Shown piece after piece: positions 7,079 through 14,642 of a stretch of 32,000 nucleotides of DNA (position 1 is its first letter; every line of letters begins with the position of its first letter). The notes under the pieces are model-generated. The model searched no databases. It saw nothing but the letters and a program-made list of their open reading frames with translations, and was not told where the DNA came from. A program made the position numbers and the translations under genes. Source of the DNA: an archaeon. Its GTDB lineage: Archaea; Iainarchaeota; Iainarchaeia; Iainarchaeales; CSSED10-239. The stretch is from positions 30,001-62,000 of the forward strand of contig JBBABY010000003.1 of NCBI GenBank assembly GCA_041657425.1, read 5' to 3'.

Positions 7079-7158
7079 GGGTCTGTGTATCCAGAACGGC
7101 TATGGAACCGTCTCAAACACGGTCTATGTGTAAGCCGGTTCAACTCCGGCCAGACCTA
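7079..7158 (+). tRNA. tRNA-like gene with anticodon CAA (Leu), irregular geometry
   Basis: Acceptor gggtctg/cagacct (G1-U72). Anticodon stem accgt/acggt with loop ctCAAac. T arm gccgg-ttcaact-ccggc. There are 4 nt between the acceptor and D stem (tcca/tgga). The variable region is 10 nt. Confidence 0.55.
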
Positions 7159-7176
7159 TTAAAAATCCCCCTTCCA

Positions 7177-7212
7177 TACACCAACATTAACACAGTGGTT
7201 ATGTTTGGTGTA
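7177..7212. terminator. imperfect long hairpin between the convergent tRNA array and the minus-strand genes
   Basis: tacaccaacat (7177-7187) pairs with atgtttggtgta (7201-7212) with a one-base bulge and a 13-nt loop. It lies between convergent transcription units. Confidence 0.35.
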
Positions 7213-7255
7213 CATAAAGAGGAATTAAAAAAGATTAATAAATTTCTAAACTATT

Positions 7256-7519
7256 TTAATTTACGTCTTTATCTTCATCCTTTGCTTCTTTTTTCTGCGT
7301 CGCTCTCGGATACAGGTCAGAAAAGTACTTGTGGATATCAAAGGAATCCGGAAGGAGCTTATCTTCAATGAGAAGCACAATAAGTTCATTCAATGCTTCT
7401 GCATAAATAGGTGCTTCTGCGGTGCGCACGGCACTATTCAAGGCAGAAATCAATCTTTCTTTCTTCTGTACATATTTCATTGCTTTCTTCATTTCATCTT
7501 CGGTATAAGTTTCAGTCAT
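7256..7519 (-). CDS. hypothetical helical protein (87 aa)
   Basis: The internal ATG (MTETYTEDEMKK...) of ORF 7256..7573 overlaps the stop of the upstream 46-aa ORF. GGAGG lies about 11 nt upstream. Confidence 0.55.
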   Translation of the reverse strand: MTETYTEDEMKKAMKYVQKKERLISALNSAVRTAEAPIYAEALNELIVLLIEDKLLPDSFDIHKYFSDLYPRATQKKEAKDEDKDVN

Positions 7520-7652
7520 ATTTATCAATTTCCTCCAGTTTTTTAGTTCTTCTCTTAATTGATTCTTCTGCAACGGTCGCTAGGTTAAGACCGCGCGCGC
7601 GTCCGGCTTCGGCGATTTTTCTATCAATTTTAACAACAGCATCGCGTGTCAT
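7512..7652 (-). CDS. possible ribbon-helix-helix (CopG-like) DNA-binding protein (46 aa)
   Basis: MTRDAVVKIDRKIAEAGRARGLNLATVAEESIKRRTKKLEEIDKYD shows a strand-helix-helix pattern. It overlaps the start of the next gene. It is below the ORF-track cutoff. Confidence 0.45.
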   Translation of the reverse strand: MTRDAVVKIDRKIAEAGRARGLNLATVAEESIKRRTKKLEEIDKYD

Positions 7653-7674
7653 GATTTACACATATGTTCCGTTT

Positions 7675-7707
7675 GGAAACATATGTATATAGTAAACACC
7701 AACTAAT
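7675..7707 (+). promoter_or_regulatory. class-2 promoter motif GGAAACAT..TATATAGTAAACACCAACTAATA
   Basis: Near-identical to 16115..16144, which lies upstream of ATG 16156. This copy is upstream of the 7756 gene. Confidence 0.4.
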
Positions 7708-7755
7708 ATATATACCTTTGCATTAGACTTAAGAAGCGAGAGAGGTGCATTTTAC

Positions 7756-8094
7756 ATGTTTGAGAAAGTTACGACTTACCTCAAGGACGCATATCATAAG
7801 GGTATGGAGCTCGTTCACGACTCCGAAGCAATCGGGGAGGCAACTCTCGCCGGTATCGGGATGGTCGTGGGCGGGGCGATCTTCATCGTCATCGGTATCT
7901 TCATGGTAGGCACACTTTTCAACAGTTTGCCCATCTTGACAGGTATTATGAATACGACTATGAGCAACGCACAGAGCAATGTGTCTCTCGCGTTTACCTT
8001 CCTCGGTATTGCACTGTTCCTCCTTGGAGCCATTGTTTTACTTCTGGAATTCATACCCGTCATTCGGATATTTGTCGGAGGCGAACGCCAGTGA
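7756..8094 (+). CDS. membrane protein, 2-3 TM helices
   Basis: 112-aa ORF with GAGAGAGGTG upstream. Hydrophobic segments are GIGMVVGGAIFIVIGIFMVGTLF and LAFTFLGIALFLLGAIVLLLEFI. Confidence 0.65.
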   Translation: MFEKVTTYLKDAYHKGMELVHDSEAIGEATLAGIGMVVGGAIFIVIGIFMVGTLFNSLPILTGIMNTTMSNAQSNVSLAFTFLGIALFLLGAIVLLLEFIPVIRIFVGGERQ

Positions 8095-8106
8095 GCCCGG
8101 TTTGAC

Positions 8107-8132
8107 AAATGGAGACCAAATCTCCATTTTTT
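8107..8132. terminator. hairpin plus T-run between convergent genes
   Basis: aaatggaga (8107-8115) pairs with tctccattt (8121-8129) with loop ccaaa, followed by ttt. Confidence 0.5.
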
Positions 8133-8146
8133 CAAACTTATAAAAA

Positions 8147-9019
8147 TTACTTCTTTTTAAAATATTCTTTTGGTAATATTTGCAACCCATATTTTTGGTG
8201 ATGATTCATATGGGATTCTTTGAACATTGTTATACCATTATCTATATCCCACAATTCTTCACACTTTAATGAATCTTCTATTGTTTTAATATTATATTTT
8301 TGTATTATTATTGATAACGGTTTAATATGGTGTACTTCTAAATTGTGGTTCCCTATAATACCAGTAAAACAATCGCAGAAGTTATCACGTTTCATGACAT
8401 TATATCTCCATATATACATTTCCGGAAGTGCTCTTATTGCTTTTTCTAATGTTGATATACCACCCTTCCAATTATGATTATGTTCACCACTCATATTTTT
8501 TCTTGCTTCCATTGATTTGGGTTTATTTTTAAGTGCTTTACTAATTTTTTCTCCGGTTCCATTAGGCATACTCTGTCCTTTATTCCACGCTTCTTGTCCT
8601 GCGTGAGCAATACTCATAAGATTTCGTGTGTGTTGTGAAGCGGTTTTCCCTAGATGTGCAAGTCTGTTCTTTTCTGTAGATTCTGAAGTTATATGTGGGA
8701 TTTGACCCTTGTGTGATTCTGACAAATGTTGTTTGTGCGATTCTGTTAAGGGAATATTTTTCTTTTTTGCACTCATTTTATCTTTTGCAGATTGAGTATG
8801 CGGGATACCAAGATTCCAAGGAATGCGCCCTTTCATAGATTTGCTTAAATTTTCACAATGCTCCTTTGTAAATGGTTTCTTCGGTTTATTTTTCTGCGAT
8901 TTACTCATTTTATCCCGCGATGATTGTGAAGGATGCTTATCAGTATGTGCTTCACGATTCTTTCTTATCCATTCATTATATTTTGCGGGGTCTTTTGGTG
9001 GCGGCATTTGTTTTTTCAC
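8147..9019 (-). CDS. HNH homing endonuclease with N-terminal NUMOD3-like repeats
   Basis: The C-terminus has HNLEVHHIKP...NGITMFKESHMNHH (HNH). Upstream are at least 4 repeats of the type S.E.K.K.S.S.KG (NUMOD3-like). Confidence 0.85.
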   Translation of the reverse strand: MKKQMPPPKDPAKYNEWIRKNREAHTDKHPSQSSRDKMSKSQKNKPKKPFTKEHCENLSKSMKGRIPWNLGIPHTQSAKDKMSAKKKNIPLTESHKQHLSESHKGQIPHITSESTEKNRLAHLGKTASQHTRNLMSIAHAGQEAWNKGQSMPNGTGEKISKALKNKPKSMEARKNMSGEHNHNWKGGISTLEKAIRALPEMYIWRYNVMKRDNFCDCFTGIIGNHNLEVHHIKPLSIIIQKYNIKTIEDSLKCEELWDIDNGITMFKESHMNHHQKYGLQILPKEYFKKK

Positions 9020-9450
9020 ACTTTAAATTTTGTAGCCACTGCTCCATATCCACATTGGTTGCATTTTGCAGCAGGGGTGTATTTTCCATCAATACTCTTT
9101 TTAGTTCCATTCTTTTTTATATTATTAGAACCACACTTTGGGCATTTCATATCTACCGAAACATGTTCTGTATGTTTCCCAAACATCGGGTTATTTTCTC
9201 CCATTTTAGATTTACTTATATTTTCGCAATGTTCTTTAGTTCGTAGAGGTTTTGGTTTATTTTTTAAAGCGGCACTAATTTTTTTACCAGTTTCATTAGG
9301 CATTTTCTCTCCTTTATTCCACGGTTCTATACCTTTATGCGATTCGCTCATTTTAACGAGAGTGTCTTTTTCTGGATGTTTATTCATATGAGAATTTCTT
9401 TGTCTCTCCAACCAAAGCGCGTGTTTTATAGGGTCTTTTGGTGCTACCAT
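9016..9450 (-). CDS. NUMOD3-repeat protein with C-terminal zinc ribbon (paralog of the N-terminus of 8147..9019)
   Basis: APKDPIKHALWLERQRNSHMNKHPEK parallels PPKDPAKYNEWIRKNREAHTDKHPSQ. It has a CPKCG...CNQCG ribbon and no HNH motif. It makes an ATGA overlap with the next gene. Confidence 0.7.
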   Translation of the reverse strand: MVAPKDPIKHALWLERQRNSHMNKHPEKDTLVKMSESHKGIEPWNKGEKMPNETGKKISAALKNKPKPLRTKEHCENISKSKMGENNPMFGKHTEHVSVDMKCPKCGSNNIKKNGTKKSIDGKYTPAAKCNQCGYGAVATKFKV

Positions 9451-9651
9451 TTATTCATCTCTCGATTTTGTTTTTGTCGCATCTAATCTTTCGAGAAAAC
9501 AGCTTTCAACTGCTTCACCACATTCAACTTCACAAAGTTCTTCAAATGGGCAATTAACATCTTTAAATGCGGGGGAATTATTTGCTAAATTAAAGATAAT
9601 AAAAAATGCCCTCTTAAGTTCGTCTTTTGTTACAGGTTTCATCTTGGTCAT
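9451..9651 (-). CDS. hypothetical small Cys-containing protein
   Basis: 66-aa ORF that abuts the downstream gene. It contains CPFEELCEVECGEAVESC. Confidence 0.5.
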   Translation of the reverse strand: MTKMKPVTKDELKRAFFIIFNLANNSPAFKDVNCPFEELCEVECGEAVESCFLERLDATKTKSRDE

Positions 9652-9660
9652 AATTTTCCC

Positions 9661-9807
9661 TCAATCCATAATCACATTCTTGCACTTAAGACACATATAC
9701 CCAACAGGTGTCCACGTTCTTCCATCGTTCTTTTCGGTGCGGATATATAACCGCTTCATTTTCCCATGAGAAGACTCGTTGTTGGTTTGCTTTGAGTTGC
9801 AAATCAT
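9661..9807 (-). CDS. possible 48-aa zinc-ribbon-like ORF
   Basis: MICNSKQ...YMCLKCKNVIMD, running ATG to TGA, is the first ORF of this minus unit. It is below the ORF-track cutoff. Confidence 0.3.
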   Translation of the reverse strand: MICNSKQTNNESSHGKMKRLYIRTEKNDGRTWTPVGYMCLKCKNVIMD

Positions 9808-9871
9808 ATTATATGGTATACACTATTAGTATTTAAATGTATCTGTTAGTATGGTAGAATAAAATAGATAC

Positions 9872-9881
9872 TTATTTAAAG
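9872..9881 (+). promoter_or_regulatory. TATA-like box TTATTTAAAG
   Basis: It lies 22 nt upstream of ATG 9904. The same decamer occurs at 247..256. Confidence 0.35.
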
Positions 9882-9903
9882 ATAGAATGTATATATTAAT
9901 ATA

Positions 9904-10197
9904 ATGTCATTCAATTATGTTGTATATAAATTAACCTTCCCAAACGGAAAAATATATGTTGGTATTGATACCCAAAAAGATGGGCATCATATTAACTACT
10001 TTGGTTCGTGGTCTAATGAACTTGTAGAAAAAGATTTTACTGATGAACAACTTTGCGACTTTACAATAAGAAAAGAAATACTTTTTGAATCTACTGATAA
10101 GGAAGAAGTGAGAAGAAAAGAAGGCAAATACATTCGAGAGTTGCATTCAAACGAAACGGAAATTGGTTATAATCAAACTTGTAAAAAGAGGAAATAA
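9904..10197 (+). CDS. stand-alone GIY-YIG nuclease domain protein (97 aa)
   Basis: YVVYKLTFPNGKIYVGID (GIY-(x10)-YIG), then RRKEGKYIRELH (conserved R/E) and GYNQT. It is a lone plus-strand gene between minus-strand units. Confidence 0.7.
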   Translation: MSFNYVVYKLTFPNGKIYVGIDTQKDGHHINYFGSWSNELVEKDFTDEQLCDFTIRKEILFESTDKEEVRRKEGKYIRELHSNETEIGYNQTCKKRK

Positions 10198-10201
10198 AAA
10201 A

Positions 10202-10495
10202 TTAATCCTTCTCCATCCTCCCCCCACATTCATCACAAATACACGGAGACTCATAAAATACCCGGCAATCACAACCCCACATCATCTTCTCGAAATATGA
10301 GATCGTTCCAGCCGTGTCATACTCTGGAAAATGCGCTGTAAGGATATTCCGTGAAATGCGAAGTGTAGAATCACAATCATTGATGAACGTGGGATCGTTA
10401 TCAAGCCGCGCGTCGCGCACATGCAGGTGTTCAAAAAGCAGTCCCTTAAACTTATCAAAGTCTTCTGGTGAGACATCTGGTGTTAAGATTTGCAT
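10202..10495 (-). CDS. hypothetical protein, Cys-rich C-terminus
   Basis: 97-aa ORF ending WGCDCRVFYESPCICDECGG. Confidence 0.55.
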   Translation of the reverse strand: MQILTPDVSPEDFDKFKGLLFEHLHVRDARLDNDPTFINDCDSTLRISRNILTAHFPEYDTAGTISYFEKMMWGCDCRVFYESPCICDECGGRMEKD

Positions 10496-10559
10496 GTAAA
10501 TAGATAGGAGGGGGAAGTATTTAAGTATGTTGGATGGCGGTTGGAAAAGATATTTTTTA

Positions 10560-10736
10560 TTATACTGTAATTGTTATTCCGGGCATGCGGTATAAGAGGC
10601 ACATGCAGCACACAATTAATTGCGATAAAATACCCATTACTATTGGGTGGTTATTTTTGTTTAACAGCGCATAACCAAAAACGCCCACTATTGTAAACGA
10701 TGCGGTCAACAGTATAAACATTTGTGCATAAATCAT
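10560..10736 (-). CDS. possible 58-aa membrane protein
   Basis: MIYAQMFILLTASFTIVGVFGYALL...ILSQLIVCCMCLLY has two hydrophobic helices. It is below the ORF-track cutoff. Confidence 0.35.
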   Translation of the reverse strand: MIYAQMFILLTASFTIVGVFGYALLNKNNHPIVMGILSQLIVCCMCLLYRMPGITITV

Positions 10737-10810
10737 CTTTCACTTCACTCCTTGTATTATAATACTAGAACATGTAGGTATATATAAGTTTCGAAAAGAG
10801 AGATTAACAT

Positions 10811-11074
10811 TTAATTCCTATAAGAATTCACAATCTTTAATTTATCAGTTATATTTCTTAAATCATTTCCAAGTTCTGGACTATGCGGCCCCTTTACTCT
10901 CCATTCATAACCATACCCCAGAGATACCCCACCCCTCATATTTTGTAAGAGATAGATCAATTTTTGACATTGTGTATGATTGTTATCATTTTCTATATTT
11001 ATTTCTTCAACTCCTAGTAATCCGAGAGTTCTAATAAGAATCAATTCTTTATCTGTGAACTTTGTTGTGGGCAT
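10811..11074 (-). CDS. hypothetical protein with weak Panacea/DUF4065 (SocA-like) resemblance
   Basis: CQKLIYLLQNMRGGVSLGYGYEWRVKGPHSPELGNDL resembles the KLqKLlY...GP.sp.l core of that domain. The product is only 87 aa. Confidence 0.5.
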   Translation of the reverse strand: MPTTKFTDKELILIRTLGLLGVEEINIENDNNHTQCQKLIYLLQNMRGGVSLGYGYEWRVKGPHSPELGNDLRNITDKLKIVNSYRN

Positions 11075-11307
11075 TAATAATCATTCCAATACGGAGGACC
11101 GCGCATTTTTGGCGAATCTTCATTTCTAGGCGCACACTTCCCGATCCCGTGGTTATTTTCACAATTCGGTTCACTACAATGTTCCAAAGAACCATTAGTT
11201 TCACAATCCCACGAAGTGACATGATACCGCGCGCCTTCTTTAATTATATGCTTTGCCATCGGTTTGCCGCAGCAGATACCGGCGTCCGTAGATTTAATAA
11301 TTGTCAT
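11074..11307 (-). CDS. Cys-rich hypothetical protein
   Basis: 77-aa ORF with 7 Cys (ICCGKPM, WDCETN, HCSEPNCENNHGIGKC). It makes a 4-nt overlap with the upstream gene. Confidence 0.55.
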   Translation of the reverse strand: MTIIKSTDAGICCGKPMAKHIIKEGARYHVTSWDCETNGSLEHCSEPNCENNHGIGKCAPRNEDSPKMRGPPYWNDY

Positions 11308-11549
11308 GGATACTCCCCTTCAAAACACATATAATTATTTTCAGCATTAACACAGAACGGTTCGGCCGGATACTTGCTACTTACCGATATTCCAATTCCA
11401 TCAATTTGTCTTAAGGTGGCTATCCATTTCATTGCTGTCTCCGTGTTGTTTAATTCCGGGTGGTCATAATGTAGATCCGAAAATAATCTATTAAGCAACA
11501 AACAAATGTATTGTCGCTCTTTAATTGAATGATTAATATAGTGTGGCAT
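11304..11549 (-). CDS. hypothetical protein
   Basis: 81-aa ORF in operon context. Confidence 0.55.
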   Translation of the reverse strand: MPHYINHSIKERQYICLLLNRLFSDLHYDHPELNNTETAMKWIATLRQIDGIGISVSSKYPAEPFCVNAENNYMCFEGEYP

Positions 11550-11551
11550 TT

Positions 11552-11773
11552 TTAAACCCCCTCTAAAAACCTCTCATAATCACTCTTCGAAAACCCATCC
11601 GTGATATTAATGTGCTCCCATTTGACATTCAATCCATAGAGACCACCTATTTTGTAGTATGAAGTAACGATGCCATAGTCACCGATATTAATATCAGCGA
11701 ATGGCGCGAGTGCCTTGACGTGATGATTGATTTTTGTTTTTGCTTCGGGTAGGGTGAAGTAGGTTTTGGACAT
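11552..11773 (-). CDS. hypothetical protein
   Basis: 73-aa ORF. Its start overlaps the upstream stop by 1 nt. Confidence 0.55.
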   Translation of the reverse strand: MSKTYFTLPEAKTKINHHVKALAPFADINIGDYGIVTSYYKIGGLYGLNVKWEHINITDGFSKSDYERFLEGV

Positions 11774-12009
11774 TAAGATTCCTCATCATAAGGTGTATTA
11801 TTTAATTCAAGATATCTTGTAATTATTTCGTCGGATTGACTCAATCGTCCAAAATAATGATGCCGGCCTTTATAAATATAACCTTCGTCTCCGCTATAAT
11901 TGTGTTGATCGATCATTGTTTCAAACAATTTCTTATCGGGTATTTCATCTTTGTCAACTACGAAAGATGATGAAGAACTATTACTAACGAAACCAAATCT
12001 AATTTTCAT
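11773..12009 (-). CDS. SNSSSSSF-motif paralog 4 (78 aa)
   Basis: It starts MKIRFGFVSNSSSSSFVV at an internal ATG that overlaps the stop of paralog 3 (TAATG). Confidence 0.7.
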   Translation of the reverse strand: MKIRFGFVSNSSSSSFVVDKDEIPDKKLFETMIDQHNYSGDEGYIYKGRHHYFGRLSQSDEIITRYLELNNTPYDEES

Positions 12010-12344
12010 TATCCATTCCTCCACGATGCTTCCAATGTTTCTACCGCGTGCGGTTTAATTTTGAAATTATTGCAAATAATATCACATCCGGTTTGCGCGC
12101 GCTGTAGGAATTGTCGCCTTGTTTCATCCATTTCGATCTTGTCGTAACTTATACCGATATAATAACCACAATCATCGAATGGGCAATGCTTTTCAAAATC
12201 TTTGAGTTCTGCGTGTTTCTTTTGCATATGTTCAAGCCAATCATAATCATCTTCAAATTCTTTCGGGATTTCACCAATAATGATCCCTGCAATAAGGAAT
12301 GAAGACGATGAACTGTTACTCACAAATCCAAGTCGTGTTTTCAT
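12009..12344 (-). CDS. SNSSSSSF-motif paralog 3 (111 aa)
   Basis: It starts MKTRLGFVSNSSSSSFLIAG and directly abuts paralog 2. Confidence 0.75.
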   Translation of the reverse strand: MKTRLGFVSNSSSSSFLIAGIIIGEIPKEFEDDYDWLEHMQKKHAELKDFEKHCPFDDCGYYIGISYDKIEMDETRRQFLQRAQTGCDIICNNFKIKPHAVETLEASWRNG

Positions 12345-12614
12345 TCAATCATCCCATTTTACTATATTATCATCAATACCAATCATGGATAAAAATTCTC
12401 TCATGTCGAAGTTATCCATGCTGGTAAATCCATATACAAAGAGTTCATCTTCGTGTATATTCCACACATCATATTTATCACAGCCGCTTCTTTTGAAATA
12501 TAAATTGGTTTCGTGATTTTTAATAGCATCGATTTGCAATTCATTCAAAAATTGTTTACTTATAATGAATGAACTGCTACTCGAATTTGAGATGAAACCG
12601 TGTCGTGTTTTCAT
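12345..12614 (-). CDS. SNSSSSSF-motif paralog 2 (89 aa)
   Basis: The internal ATG of ORF 12345..12686 gives MKTRHGFISNSSSSSFIIS. It begins 8 nt after the stop of paralog 1. Confidence 0.7.
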   Translation of the reverse strand: MKTRHGFISNSSSSSFIISKQFLNELQIDAIKNHETNLYFKRSGCDKYDVWNIHEDELFVYGFTSMDNFDMREFLSMIGIDDNIVKWDD

Positions 12615-12622
12615 GATACACC

Positions 12623-13198
12623 TCAATGATTTGAAATTATAATACAAGGAATCATCTTCCAATGATCCCCGTGTTCCATTTGACACATGAAATCCCCATC
12701 GTTATCCGAATATGATATATCATAGAGAATAAACCTTTCATCCATTTCACGAACGAGAGATTGCACCATCAGAGTGTTCCACGTTCTACCGGCAGATTTC
12801 ATTTTCTTTATAACTTTTTCGCGCTCATCGGGTTCAAAATTATATCCGTGGTTGTGCGGGTCGCAACAAGTATCTACAAATTTATATGTAAACATTGATG
12901 TATCTGGTTGTGTTCCGCCCTTCGTGTAAGAAACGAGATATTTTTCTACCTTATTCAACTCACATAGCTCTTTAAGATGAACATCATCCCATACACGCTT
13001 AAGACATTCACGGTATGTATAGGGATAGTTGGGTTCTGTGATATTAAGATCGATTTTTGTTTCGTCGCGTGTAAAGAGTCCTTCCCAATTAAATAATCCC
13101 TTTTCGCACCATTCTTCGAATGTTTTGCATTCGGGATCGATGCCTACGATGAATGAGCTGCTTGACGAGTTTGAAACAAACCCACTTCTAGTCTTCAT
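12623..13198 (-). CDS. SNSSSSSF-motif paralog 1 (191 aa)
   Basis: It starts MKTRSGFVSNSSSSSFIVG. It makes an ATGA overlap with the stop of the radical SAM C-fragment. Confidence 0.75.
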   Translation of the reverse strand: MKTRSGFVSNSSSSSFIVGIDPECKTFEEWCEKGLFNWEGLFTRDETKIDLNITEPNYPYTYRECLKRVWDDVHLKELCELNKVEKYLVSYTKGGTQPDTSMFTYKFVDTCCDPHNHGYNFEPDEREKVIKKMKSAGRTWNTLMVQSLVREMDERFILYDISYSDNDGDFMCQMEHGDHWKMIPCIIISNH

Positions 13199-14004
13199 GA
13201 TTTTTTACCTCCAAATTCAAGATTAAATAATGGGCAATTTCTACACCCGTTTTTATCTTTGTTCCCGATAACCGATGATCGGAAACGGTTAAATTGTTCA
13301 TTGTTCCATACATCTGTAGTAAAGTCGTTGATATTAAGCATATCGATTCCGGTGTATCCACATTCGTTTTCGCTAAACGAGCATGGATATGCTTTTCCTT
13401 CAACATTAATATACATGCTGAATAACGTAGATTCACACGGTTCAATGCTTTCTACGTGTTCGGGCATAAGAGCCATCACTTTTGGTGCGCTGCACGAGTC
13501 AAACCCAAATCTCACGTTGTTGGATTTTAATACGTTCATAAGTTCTTTGTAATGTGCTTCAGAAACCGAGTGTAGGCTGTTTCTATCACCTTTTGGTTTC
13601 AACCACAGGAATACTACAGCGTTAAGATAACGGGCGAGCAATGGGTCATTGCGAGCCTTGTGCACGATGTTCATACACTTATCAAATGTCTCTTCTGATA
13701 AGAGGCAGTGGATGTTGACCTGTGATAATCCACGATTGCCAAGTTCGGTGATTGCAGTGCGGCATGTTTCGTAATCATACAGGGAAACGGCAACAGCGCC
13801 ACATAGAGAAGACAATTTTTCATAATCTGTAGGGGTCATACGGGAACCGTTGATCGTGATGTTTGGAATAACACCATTGTTCCGACAATGTTGCATAATG
13901 GAATATAGATCCGGATTAGTAAGTATATATTCTTTTTTATATTCGTATATATTTTGTTCTTTCATGTATTCATTTTCACCAATAATTTCCCATTCCCCAT
14001 TCAT
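13195..14004 (-). CDS. radical SAM enzyme, C-terminal fragment with SPASM/twitch-type auxiliary-cluster domain
   Basis: It has a TIM-barrel continuation (NPDLYSIM...ITINGS). CESTLFSMYINVEGKAYPC fits CX9-15GX4C, and CRNC follows. It lacks the CxxxCxxC motif, which lies in 14639..14983. Confidence 0.85.
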   Translation of the reverse strand: MNGEWEIIGENEYMKEQNIYEYKKEYILTNPDLYSIMQHCRNNGVIPNITINGSRMTPTDYEKLSSLCGAVAVSLYDYETCRTAITELGNRGLSQVNIHCLLSEETFDKCMNIVHKARNDPLLARYLNAVVFLWLKPKGDRNSLHSVSEAHYKELMNVLKSNNVRFGFDSCSAPKVMALMPEHVESIEPCESTLFSMYINVEGKAYPCSFSENECGYTGIDMLNINDFTTDVWNNEQFNRFRSSVIGNKDKNGCRNCPLFNLEFGGKKS

Positions 14005-14642
14005 AATTTTTTCCTCCTATTAATACACGGTGGTCTCATAACAACATGTCTTTTCTTTAAAACATTATTTACTTTTTTCTTGCCAATATTTAGAACCTTT
14101 GCAATTTTAAAAATACCATATATTTTATATAAATTTACTATTTCATCTTCCAATTCACTCGTCAAATGAATGGAATTGGCATTACTTATTTCCATTTTTG
14201 TTTTTTCCGAATGTGTTTTTCCGAAAAATGAATTTTTTTCTCCAACTCTTTTTTTACCGCAGTTGGATATTATTTGTTTCTGTGAATCTGGTAAATGTTT
14301 ACCATACATATGATTTTTATCGCCCTTGTGACTTTCCCCCATTTTTAATCTTGTTGTTTCTGATGGGAAAACACCAAGTTTTCCAGACCCACCCAATGCT
14401 ATATTATATCCAACATTTAAATTTGTAGAATTAAAATGTGTAATCCAGTATTGTTCTTTTTCATTTAATTCTTCTTGTGTTTTACAATATTCCAAAATCT
14501 CCTTTTTAAAATTATGTTTACCGTATTTTCCCACAGCGTTTTTTATTAAAATGCCCGAACCCAAATATAGTGGTCTGTTTTTGGTGTCTTGACCAATATA
14601 TATTTTATTATTAATCAAATTTGTTATTTTATAAATAATCAT
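14001..14642 (-). CDS. GIY-YIG homing endonuclease (I-TevI/Seg-like) with NUMOD3 repeats and C-terminal HTH
   Basis: IIYKITNLINNKIYIGQD...YWI...GYNI (GIY-YIG). Repeats SETTRLKMGESHKG and HSEKTKMEIS. The C-terminus is IFKIAKVLNIGKKKVNNVL. ATGA overlaps occur at both ends. Confidence 0.9.
   Translation of the reverse strand: MIIYKITNLINNKIYIGQDTKNRPLYLGSGILIKNAVGKYGKHNFKKEILEYCKTQEELNEKEQYWITHFNSTNLNVGYNIALGGSGKLGVFPSETTRLKMGESHKGDKNHMYGKHLPDSQKQIISNCGKKRVGEKNSFFGKTHSEKTKMEISNANSIHLTSELEDEIVNLYKIYGIFKIAKVLNIGKKKVNNVLKKRHVVMRPPCINRRKKL

Noticed and set aside
6693-7371. ORFs of 71-127 aa on both strands (6693..7076 -, 6728..7030 +, 6760..6975 -, 7000..7371 +)
   Set aside because: They lie entirely over the tRNA array. 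They arise from the locally GC-richer, stop-poor tRNA sequence and have no RBS or coding context.
9016-9450. IS1-type transposase, suggested by the CPKCG...KNG...CNQCG zinc ribbon
   Set aside because: There is no DDE or transposase catalytic domain and there are no inverted repeats. The rest of the protein is NUMOD3 repeats paralogous to the adjacent HNH endonuclease.
11074-11307. Desulforedoxin-like metal-binding domain, suggested by the CCGKPM motif
   Set aside because: Only the CCG.xM half of the motif is present. The preceding C..C pair and the overall length do not fit.
14001-14642. Group I intron carrying the GIY-YIG ORF inside the radical SAM gene
   Set aside because: The endonuclease ORF overlaps both flanking ORFs by ATGA. 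This leaves no non-coding sequence for an intron core. I also saw no P1-P9-like pairing. Only RNA data could fully exclude splicing.
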